A stretch of 64,000 nt of DNA from Dipteris shenzhenensis (Eukaryota): assembly GCA_047967505.1 (NCBI GenBank), contig CM106538.1; one strand, 5' to 3'. Position 1 is the stretch's first letter, and every line of letters begins with the position of its first letter. A program made the translations under genes and the position numbers. The notes under the pieces were generated by a model. The model saw only the letters and a program-made list of their open reading frames with translations, made no database searches and was not told the DNA's origin. This document shows, one piece after another, positions 37,791-48,617 of the stretch.

Positions 37791-38290
37791 CTGATCATGC
37801 GGGATCGTGGGACAGTATCGAAAGCCTTCCGAAAATCTACAAAGCAGGCATAGACTTTATGACGCCTCGACCTCGCCTCCTCAATAATAGCCCTCAGTGT
37901 GAAGATGTGGTCTAGGGTGGAATGCTGTCTCCGAAATCCTGCCTGTCCTAGAGCACGCTGCCCATGTGCCTCTGTGTGACATAGATCTTGGCCAGAGTGT
38001 GGCCAATCATGAGAGTGCGGTAGTTCCCAGTGTCCATGGGGTCACCTGCCTTGTGTATTGGGACGATGGTGGTAGTGCTCCAAGAGGGTGGAAAGCCGTG
38101 GCATATGGCATGGTTGAACATCTGTGCTAGGATCGGGGCCAAAACCTCGTGCCCGTGTGCGAAATGCTCCGTCCGTAGCCCCTCATGATCCTGTGCTCTC
38201 CGGTTATGTAGCCGACGGAGTGCCGCCCGCACATTCTGTGCAGTGAACAAGTGACAAGTGGCAGGTCGAGGCTCTGTCCCATTCGAGAGG
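37791..38290 (-). mobile_element. Second LINE RT fragment
   Basis: FPPSWSTTTIVPIHKAGDPMDTGNYRTLMIGH, QAGFRRQHSTLDHIFTLR and FVDFRKAFDTVP. Confidence 0.88.
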
Positions 38291-38849
38291 GCTGTCAAAG
38301 CAGATTCCAAGGCTTGTTTTCCCCAAATGTCCTCCACACACCCTCATGTAGGCATAGTGCAAAGTAGATTTGAAGAAAAACCCTTGTAGAGAAATAGTGA
38401 TCTTACATGCTTGCACAAGATCCCTCCCCTTTTCCCCTTGATTGTGGACCTTTCTTGATCTTGGTGTGTTTGCAGGTCGCCTGTAGCTGATGCGTAGCTG
38501 TGGAGTTAGGCCATGAGGGCCTGTTGGAGCCTCGAGTAGGGCCAATGGGCTGCGGGGGTACCCAGCACTAGCCCAAGGCTAGCAGCAGGCTTGAGGGCTG
38601 CTGAGCAGCAGGCGCAGCTGCTCGCCACTGCTGGGACAGCTGGTGCAGCTGCTCAAGGCCTAAGGCAGCAGCTCAGCTGCTGTATGGCCAAGCCTAGAGG
38701 CCTGCGACAGGCCTAGAGTCCCACCCACGTGAAGGCAGCAGGCGCAGCAGCAGCAACAGCAAAGATGACGGGCAGGGCAGTAGAGGATGGCGGACGGGGG
38801 GGGTTGGAGAGAGAGAGAGAGGAAAACAAAGGGGTTGGTGATGTGATGA

Positions 38850-41082
38850 TGTGATAAAGAAAGAGGTAATTTTAGCATAAGTCTTCGAAAGACTGAAGGC
38901 TGTATGAGACTAAAAGAAGCCTGCTGCCTGATACAATGAGCTGAAAGGGTGGAGCCTCTAATCGGGCATCATCACCCACAATGAATACAACATAATCCAT
39001 CATATCCAATCTAATACATGAGAGAAAACTGGATCCATGTCTAGGATGGAAGCTCAAGGCGGGCCTGATGATGAATGCAGCCATGATGATAGGAAATCTG
39101 TGATATTTGACAGTGGTCTTCGTGTGTGACCCAGTGTGGTCTCCTAGCAGCGGCCCTACGTTTGACAAGAGCCAATGTAACACCCGTCGGTCGTGTCCCC
39201 GATCTAGTGAACATGGAAGGAAGGTCCCCAAGCATGATCGGTCCGTCAACCCTGTCAAAAACCAGACTTTTCGAGAATGCAAATATGTGCAATGCATGCA
39301 GAATTTGAATGCCAATTGGCCCTCCAATGGGGAAGAGCACCCTCGTGAGAGTACTTGTTTCTATTTCGACCTACATGCAAGGTGGGAGAGAGATGGCGGA
39401 TGAATGCAATGTGGTAGTGAGAATGCTACGTGAGATTCACAATGAAGGCGTGATGCCCCTTCATTAATGTCCCTTGAGATCACTCAAGTTCCATCTTCCC
39501 ATTTACACCTACCCTTATCCTATGACCCATGCACCTACCATTCAATGCACTCTAACACACCCTTTCCCTTTCCTATTGCCCCTAGGACCTAGACACGTGT
39601 GTGCACATCTTTATTACTAATCATTGGCCAATGTTACATAGTTTTGGCGGTACTATTTACACCGCTTGATCGATTATAAATACAAACATATAACCGCACC
39701 ATCAAATTGGTGCCTAACAATAATAAGGTTCTAATGACTATTAATTAACTAAATAATCATTTCTCTTGTCATGACACTACCTCCTGCTTGAATGAGCAGA
39801 AATCCTCTTCTGGATATTGCTTGTCTCTTCCTCTTACGTGCACTCTCTCTTGTTACTTCTGCAATTGCATCGCCTCTTTATAATCTGCGAGTATCTGTGG
39901 AAAATCTGTAAAGAACTCTTCTTCCATCCATTGTGCATCACTAGCTGGCTGGTTTTTAAACTTCAGTAAAGACATATATCTCTTCTTACCACGAGTACTC
40001 TTCTTTTTATGGTACACGATCTGTTCCGGAGTAAGAACTTCAGTCCCATCTTCAAGTCCAGGTTCTTCTTGATGCTGAGTATCAAAAAACGCAGAAGTAT
40101 CGCCATGGTATCTCTTCAAATTGCTCACATGAAAGATATTCTTCATACGCTAGTGGGCTGGTAATTTCAGCTCATACGTTCTGGATCCTTCTTCTAGATA
40201 TAAAGCTGCTGAAATCTGAAATGGACCATAAAACTTCGGTGCTAACTTGACATGTTTTGTAACTTCCTCTCACTGACTTGATTCTTCTTTTATCAATCTT
40301 CAATAAAACCCAATCATCCTCCTTGTAATAAAATTCTTTTCTTTTTTTATTGGCTGCCTTGGATTGTTGAACCTGGACCTTCTTAATATGTTCTTTTACC
40401 TGCTCCATCACCTGTGACATATCCTCAGCAAACTGGTCAGTCGCAAAAATTCGGTCCCCCAAGTGTGTTATTGGAGTGGGTAAACATTGCCCATAAATGA
40501 TTTCAAATGGGGCTTTCTTGGTGGAAGTATGTACAGTGTTCTTATAAGCAAACTCTAACATGGGTGAGAACTCTAGCCACCTTCTAGGTTGGTCATGGAC
40601 ATAAGCTCGAAGTAAAGTAGTTATGGTTTGATTGGCATTCTCACTTCGTCCATCTCCTTGAGGATGGAAGGCTGTAGTAAATTTCAGTTTGGTTCCAAGA
40701 TTCTCTAATAGGGCTGTCCAAAAGTTGCTAATGAAACGGCCATCATTATCGGATACAATAGATTTTGGTAACCCATGTAACCTAAATATTTCCCTAATGA
40801 ATAACTTTGTTGTTTCAAGAGCAGACAACCCTTTTTTACAGGGAATAAAATGGGCTTGTTTACTCAGCCTATCTATAGCAGTGAAAATTTGCTCAAACTG
40901 ACCAACCTTGACACAAAATCCATTGTAACGTGTTCCCACCTTTCCGAGGAAATAGGCAGAGGCTGCAAAAGACCAGCAGTCTTACTTGTGTCAGATTTAA
41001 TGCGCTGACATATGTCACATTATTGAACAAAGGTCGAAACTTCTTTGCGAAGTTTAGGCCAATGGAAGTATCACTCAATATT
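38850..41082 (-). mobile_element. Ty3/gypsy chromovirus 3' part (integrase, chromodomain, PPT, ~927-bp LTR), inverted copy
   Basis: IN GLPKSIVSDNDGRF; chromo-like PEQIVYHK..LLKFKNQPASDAQW; LTR 39776->38850 (TGTCAT...ATCACA). Reverse complement of 44013-46103. Confidence 0.9.
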
Positions 41083-44000
41083 TTTTGAGCTATACTTTGC
41101 CCATCAAGACAAGACCGAGCAAGAGAAGCTTGCTCTTGCCACATTGCATCTGCAGAAGGATGCTCTAATGTGGTGGTCTTTGTAACAAACAGAAAAAGAG
41201 CCTATTCATGAATGGGCTAAGTTCGTGGAGCAATTGAAAGCCACTTTCATGCCATCGAGGCATGAAGAGAACCTAACCTTTCGTTGGGAGAGATTTAGGC
41301 AGTTCGATAATGAGAGTAATGCAAATTTTAAAGCCAGATTTTGGAAACTCTCTCTAGAGTTACCCGAAAAGAGTGAGGAAGATAGGAGAAAGAAGTATTT
41401 AGCAGCCTTAAGCCCAAAAGTAAGGTATGAGGTTGAAATGTTTAACCCGACCATGCTTAAGGACCTCACTAAGCCGGCTGAAATAGCCGAGAGGAAATTG
41501 AATCCTCGTAAACCCTTCAATAAGGAGGATGGGTCATCATCTAAGACCAACAATATACCCACTTTTAGGAAACCAAACCGGTTTCAAAATAATAAAGGAA
41601 GGGTAAAGCTCTTGTAAGCAATGTGAACAGCCAATCACGTCCTGGATGGGTGCCATTTCCTTCTATGACGGACGAAGAGAAGAGAAAGTTGATTAAGGAA
41701 GGAAAATGTTTCGGGTGTAAGAAACATAAGCCAGGGCACATATGGCACAAGTGTCCCGTTCTATTGGCTAAGATTGCCAGGACGAATTCAGTAAAAGGGA
41801 AAGCCAAGGCATCCAAGCAGGACGGTGAGGCTTCTACCTTGTCACCCTCAAAATCTACCGTGACTATTGAGCCAATAGTGAATGCTGTCCATTCAGCCAA
41901 TACCTTTGGGCCTCATGATCTTTTTAAGGTGTATGGATTCGTGATGGACAGAGAATAGTGGTTCTCCTAGACGATGGATGTAATTATGACTTAGTGAGTG
42001 ATAGATTGGTAAAATTACTCCATCTTAAACCAGAACCTATAAAAAACATGTCGCTCTCAGGAGCTTTTAGGGGACACAATGAAGAAGACACATCCATAGT
42101 ACGGAATATTCCTTTTCATATACAAAAATATAGAGATCGAAGGGATTTTCTTATAGCTCCTTTACAAGACGTTCACATGATTCTAAGTAAACCATGGCAG
42201 TATGATTTTAACCCTACTATTCATCCTCATACTCATCATTGTTGCTTTGTACATACGGATCGTAGGGGATCGAGACATGTATACGATGCCATTGATTACT
42301 CCTACCCGAGCGAAAAGATTGGTAAAAAGAGAGATAGATTGTAATCTTGTGTATATACGGGATTCACGAGATCTTCATATCTCAAAAGAAGATCGGAAGA
42401 GAAATGAGTTCCTTAGAGCTTATGAGGATCGATTTTCAAGATGACTCATTCGAATTGCCTATGGAGAGAGAAGATGATCATGCCATAGATCTAGAGCCAG
42501 GAGCTTCTCCTCCATGTAGAGCCCCATACAAGATGAGCAGGATAGAAATGGAGGAAATCATCCTCTCTTGGAATTAGACACCGGTTCTTAATTGTAAGTT
42601 TATTCAAAGCACGGTAATCTATACACATACGATATGATCCATCCTTCTTGACCAATAATATAGGTGCTCCAAATGGAGAACTGCTTGGTCGAATTAGGCC
42701 TTTTTGCATTAGATCTTCAATTTGTTTTTCTACCTATTGGATATGCTTAAAGGTGCTAAAGTTTTTACCAAATTGGATTTGAAATCTGGTTATCATCAAC
42801 TTCGTATGAAAGCTGGGGATGAACATAAGACTGCTTTTCGCACTCTCACTGAACATTATGAGTTTTTGGTCATGCCTTTTGGCCTAACTAATGCTCCAGC
42901 CACTTTTAGGAGGCTGATGAGAAGGGTTTTGCAACCCTACTTGGGAAAATTTGTCATAGTCTTCTTTGACGACATTTTAGTTTTCAGCCAGAATGAGAAA
43001 GAGCATAAGCATCACCTTGCTAAGGTGATGGAGCTCCTAAGGAAGGATCGATTGTTCCTAAATACCAAGAAGAGTGAGTTCTTCAAGACAGAAATAGAGT
43101 ATTTGGGACACATTGTGTCTACTGAGGGAATTGGGGTTGACCCTTAAAAGGTTAAGGCCATAATTGAATGGCCAATACCCAAAAATATACATGAGCTGAG
43201 ATCCTTCCTAGGGATGTGTAGTTATTATCACAGATTCATTAAGAATTTTGCACGTCTTGCTTCTCCACTAACAGATTTGTTGAAGAAGCATTCCTTGTAT
43301 GAGTGGGGAGAGGTTCACCAAGTAGCTTTTGAGGAGCTTAAGAGAACATTGGTCACTGCACCAGTGTTAACACTTCCGGACATGGACAAAGAGTTCTTTG
43401 TTGTATGTACGGATGCGAGTGGTACCTCGATTGGGGCAGTGTTATGCAAGGAGGGCATCCCATTGCTTATGAGAGTAGAAAACTTCAAGCAGCTGAATTG
43501 AAATATATCACGTATGAGAAGGAGTTACTCGCAAATCATTCATGCTTTAAAGTTATGGAAGCATTATTTATACGGTTTTGCTTTCAAGATTAAGACTGAC
43601 CATCAAAGTATCAAGCACTTGTTTTCTCAACCTATTGTTTCTTCAAGGCAAAATCAAATGGGCTGAATATATTCAATCCTTTGGGCAACAAAATATTGAA
43701 TATCAACCAGGAAAGGAGAATTTAGTAGCTGATGCTTTGAGTAGACGGCCCCAAGTTAATCACATTTCTGTGATTAAGGAGAAATCATTAGGAGCAATGG
43801 TTGAAGCTTACCCTTTAGATGAGGACTTCGCTCACATTTATGGGAAGATTCAACGTAATGAGGTCCGGGGTTTACAGGCTTATTCCATCGTGGATGGATA
43901 CTTATTTTTGGAACGTGCCATATGTGTACCCAAAACATTTCGGTATCTAGTCATGAGTGAGTTACATGCGAGTCCATATTCTGGGCATAGAGGCATTAGA

Positions 44001-46103
44001 GGGACCATTGACAATATTGAGAGATACTTCCATTGGCCTAAACTTCGCAAAGAAGTTTCGACCTTTGTTCAACAATGTGACGTATGTCAGCGCATTAAAT
44101 CTGACACAAGTAAGACTGCTGGTCTTTTGCAGCCTTTGCCTATTCCCTTGGAAAGGTGAGAACACATTACAATGGATTTTGTGTTAGGTTTCCCCAAGGT
44201 TGGTCAGTTTGAGCAAATTTTCACTATTATAGATAGACTGAGTCAACAAGCTTATTTTATTCCCTGTAAAAAGGAGTTGTCTGCTCCTGAAACAGCAAGG
44301 TTATTCATTAGGGAAATCTTTAGGTTACATGGGTTACCAAAATCTATTGTATCCGATAATGATGGCTGTTTCATTAGTAACTTTTGGACAGCCCTATTAG
44401 AGAATCTCGGAACCAAACTGAAATTTACTACAGCCTTCCATCCTCAAGGAGATGGACAAAGTGAGAATGCTTATCAAACCCTGATTACTTTACTTCAAGC
44501 TTATGTTCATGACCAACCTAGAAGGTGGCCAGAGTTCTTACCCATGTTAGAGTTTGCTTATAATAACACTGTACATAATTCCACCAAGAAAGCCCCATTT
44601 GATATCATCTATAGGCAATGTTTACCCACTCCAATAACACACTTGGGGGAGCGAATTTTTGCTGCTGACCAATTTGCTGAGGATATGTCACAGGTTATTA
44701 AGCAAGTAAAAGAACATATTAAGAAGGCCCAGGTTCAACAATCCAAGGCAACCAATAAAAAAAGAAAAAAAGTTTATTACAAGAAGGATGATTGGGTTTT
44801 ACTGAAGATTGATAAAAGAAGAATCAAGTCAATGAGAGGAAGTACAAAACATGTCAAGTTAGCACCGAAGTTTTATGGTCCATTTCAAATTTCAGCAGCT
44901 TTGTGTGCACTTGTGTGAAATTTTCCCATTTGTAGTGCTTCATTGGTCTTCATTGGATCCTTTGACATGGAATTGTTGTTGGGAGAGCAATTTGAAGAGA
45001 TACCATGGCGATACTTCTGCGTTTTTGGATACTCAGCATCAAGAAGAACCTGAACTTGAGATGGGACTGAAGTTCTTACTTTGAACAGATCGTGTACCAT
45101 AAAGCGAAGAGTACTCGTGGAGAGAAGAGATATATGTATTTACTGAAGTGTAAAAACCAGCCAGCTGGTGATGCACAATAGATGGAAGAAGAGTTCTTTC
45201 CAAATTTTCCACAAATACTCGCAGATTATAAAGAGGCGATGCAGTTGCAGAAGTAACAAGAGAAAGCACACGTAAGAGGAAAAGACAAGCAATAATCCAG
45301 AAGAGAACTTCTGCTCATTCAAGCAGGAGGGAGTGTCATGCCAAGAGAAATGATTATTTAGTTAATTAATAGTCATTAGAACCTTATTACAGTTAGGCGC
45401 CAATTTGATGGTGCGGTTATATGTTTGTAATTATGATCGATCAAGCGACAAATTTTCCACAGATACTCGCAGATTATAAAGAGGCAATGCAATTGCAGAA
45501 GTAACAAGAGAAAGTGCCATAAGAGGAAGAGAAAAGCAATAATCCAGAAGAGGACTTCTGTTCATTCAAGCAGGAGGGAGTGTCATGACAAGAAAAATGA
45601 TTATTTAGTTAATTAATAGTCATTAGAACCTTATTACTGTTAGGCACCAATTTGATGGTGCGGTTATATGTTTGTTATTATGATCGATCAAGTGGTGTAA
45701 ATAGTACTGCCAAAACTATGTAACATTGGCCAATGATTAGTAATAAAGATGTGCACACATGTGTCTAGGTCCTAGGGGCAATAGGAAAGGGAAAGGGTGC
45801 ATTAGAGTGCATTAAATGGTAGGTGCATGGGTCATAGGATAAGGGTAGGTGTAAATGGGAAGATGGAACTTGAGTGATCTCAAGGGACATTAATGAAGGG
45901 GTATCACCCTTTCATTGTGAATCTCACGTAGCATTCTCTCTACCACATTGCATTCATCCGCCATCTCTCTCCCACCTTGCATGTAGGTCGAAATAGAAAC
46001 AAGTACTCTCACAACGGTGCTCTTCCCCATTGGAAGCCAATTGGCATTCAAATTATGCATGCATTGCACACATTTGCATTCTCGAAAAGTCTGTTTTTTG
46101 CCA
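41083..46103 (+). mobile_element. Ty3/gypsy chromovirus lacking 5' LTR, gag-PR-RT-RH-IN-chromo, truncated 3' LTR
   Basis: CFGCKKHKPGHIWHKC, LLDDGC, LDLKSGYHQ, FFDDILV, TDASG and VADALSR. A 248-bp tandem duplication (45201-45448 / 45449-~45693) duplicates the PPT and LTR start (45334, 45581). Confidence 0.92.
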
Positions 46104-46109
46104 CCACTA

Positions 46110-46525
46110 TGAGGACACAACAGAAGCTGAGAGGGTGAGAGGGAGCTTGAGAGACACAAGTTTTGGTGGGTGCAGAACACCCTAATCTTCTATTTCATCC
46201 ATATATATATGGGTTTGAGTATTGTACATAACCGGGGTCAAGGTACAGTGGCCTTTAACCCCCAGAACCTCCCACTTAAAGGCCAATGTGCCTTTAAGGG
46301 AGAACAACCAATGAGCATACTATCCAATGCCCATCAATACATGACAATATCTGCAGGGTTATCATCTGTATGAACCTTGACAAGCTCTATGCGCTTGTCC
46401 TCAAGTACCTCCCTGATAAAATCGTACCTGACCTCAATGTGTTTGGTCTTTGCATGAAAGACCGGATTCCGTGCTAGTTGAATAGCAACTCATGGAATCA
46501 CTATGCAATGTCGGTACATCTGTAT
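46110..46525 (-). mobile_element. copia 3' fragment (RNase H end + 3' LTR), related to copia-C/D
   Basis: Minus strand RNPVFHAKTKHIEVRYDFIREVLEDK; PPT GTGGGAGGT; LTR ~46266->46110. Confidence 0.85.
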
Positions 46526-47385
46526 CATAGTTACCAACCGAAACGGAAACGGAAGAAACGGAAACGGAAGAAACGGAAGAAACGGAGTTTCCGGGCCCCG
46601 CCGAAACGGAAACGGAAGAAACGGCAATATGATACAATTTATGTATAAAATTTTATTTTTTATACATAATATAATTATCAATAGAGTGCAATTTGCAAAT
46701 CATACATAATACAATTATCTATACTTGAAGCTTCAGCCTTCAAGCATCAATGCATCATTCATACTTCTTGGAGCCACTGCCTCCTTTATAACTATCTAGG
46801 AGGGAGACATGGACCCAATAAGCATCTCTCGGCATTGAGGAGGATGGAGAGGTGAGAAGGAGGATGGAGAGGTCACAAGTGAGAAAGTATGGAGAGGTAG
46901 AAGGAGGATGGAGAGCTCAGAGGTAAAAGAGGATGGAGAGGTGGAAGGAGCCTGGAGGATCAGAGGTAGAAGTGAAGGAGGATGGAGAGGTTACATGTAA
47001 GATTAAAGAGAGGATGGAGAGAAGAAGGATGGAGGGATGGAGAGCAGGCTGCCAAGCTGCAGCTTTTGCAGGATGGAGAAGATGGAGCAAAGGATGAAGA
47101 GGATGGAGAGAGAAGGATGGAGGTCCGAGGAAAACGGGATGGAGAGTCTAAGAGCAAAGGATGGAGGGATGGAGAGAGCTTAGAGAAGGTGGAGAGAGCA
47201 GCAAGGATGCACAGGAGGAGTGCAATCGGCAGGAGGCGGCGAAAAATGGAGCCAGGCGGCGAAATCACGACTTTTGGGATTTAGGGCAAAAACAGGTTTT
47301 ACGAAACGGCGTTTCTTCAAGAAACGCCGTTTCCGTTTCGCCGTTTCCGTTTCCAGCCACGAAACGGCCGTTTCGTGCAACTATG
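46526..47385 (+). mobile_element. 860-bp non-autonomous hAT-like element with Ac/Ds-type AAACGG subterminal repeats
   Basis: Termini CATAGTTACC / GTGCAACTATG; many AAACGG/CCGTTT motifs at both ends; GGATGGAGAG-rich interior. The 8-bp flanks ATCTGTAT and ACCTGAAT match at only 6/8. Confidence 0.85.
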
Positions 47386-47732
47386 ACCTGAATGAATCCC
47401 AACTGCACAAGCCGACTTCTCCAGCTGCTGTTCGAAATCTGCTCCATCTTCACGGAGATCTGCGCCATCTGTTCGACCTCCTGGACTGCGTCCTTTTTTT
47501 GCACCTCTACCTCTGCCTCGGATTAAGGTACTGTGCTTTGCCTCTTTCAGTTTGCTGAGCAGTCTCTCTTTTTTTGCTGGTTCCTCCTGCTTCAATGGGC
47601 TGTCATATGCTATGGCCTTGACAAAGTGGTGAGAGAACCGGCTTCTTGGATCTCTCCTCTCATCAATTTCTGCAATATTGTAAGGAAATAGACACTGCCC
47701 TTGCATCCTAGCAAGAGGTAAGACCTTCCCAC

Positions 47733-48563
47733 ATGGCATCTTCCTCTCATTCTCTCATATCTATCGACAAATTCAATGGGTCCAACTTTCATACTTGGCA
47801 AATCAAAATCAAGTGCCATCTTATGAAAGAAGGTCTTTGGGACATTGTTCACCGTGCTACTCCCGAAGGTCCCTCTGAGCAAGTTGTCACTGCCAAGAAC
47901 GACAAAGCCTATGCTATCATATTGCTCGGCCTTGGAGATGATTACATTCATCACATCTCCGACATACAGTCTGCTCCTCAAGCATGGATCACTTTGGATA
48001 CCCTTTTTGAAGCCCGATCTAAAAACTCTAAGATTGCACTTATGATCTCATTCTTTGATCTACATATGCAGGAAGGAGCTACTATAGCCTCTCATGTCAA
48101 TTATCTTCGCAGTCTTATGGTTCAGCTTGCGTCAGTTAAGTCTCCCATCTCCGAAGATACTGCTATTGCTGTGCTTCTCAAAAGCTTACCTGACACCTAT
48201 GCTACTCTTGTCACTACCTTCAAGTATCATAATAATCCTTCTCTTGAGGGTATCATCAATGCTCTCCAAGAGAAAGAAAGAACTCAACAACGAAAGGTAA
48301 CTGATACTGCATTTTTAGCAAAGAAAGGAAGTTCTAAGGTAAGAAAGCCTTGCACCCATTGTGGCAAAACTAATCATATGGAGAAGGACTGTTTCAAGGC
48401 TCATCCATGCACCATTTGTGGCCATGATAATCAGCGGGAGAGGGACTGCTACTCCAAAACCTCTACATCAGCCCCTGCATCTACCTCAGCCCATGTTGCT
48501 GCAACATCTCCATCAGCTGATCTTGCTGTTCCTTCCTCACAAGATGAGAAGTGGGCTTTCTAA
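47733..48563 (+). CDS. Copia-type Gag, 276 aa, two CCHC zinc knuckles
   Basis: IDKFNGSNFHTW..LWDIV, LLKSLPDTY, CTHCGKTNHMEKDC and CTICGHDNQRERDC. Uninterrupted. Confidence 0.88.
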   Translation: MASSSHSLISIDKFNGSNFHTWQIKIKCHLMKEGLWDIVHRATPEGPSEQVVTAKNDKAYAIILLGLGDDYIHHISDIQSAPQAWITLDTLFEARSKNSKIALMISFFDLHMQEGATIASHVNYLRSLMVQLASVKSPISEDTAIAVLLKSLPDTYATLVTTFKYHNNPSLEGIINALQEKERTQQRKVTDTAFLAKKGSSKVRKPCTHCGKTNHMEKDCFKAHPCTICGHDNQRERDCYSKTSTSAPASTSAHVAATSPSADLAVPSSQDEKWAF

Positions 48564-48617
48564 TTACTTCTATGTCTTGTCTACCACCTTGACCACCGAT
48601 GATGTAGGTCAAGGGGT

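Noticed and set aside
38340-38820. GC/CAG-rich segment between LINE fragment and gypsy LTR
   Set aside because: No recognisable termini or protein motif; probably another TE fragment but unassignable.
46960-47558. Gly/Glu/Arg-rich ORFs
   Set aside because: They arise from GGATGGAGAG and AAACGG repeats of the hAT element.
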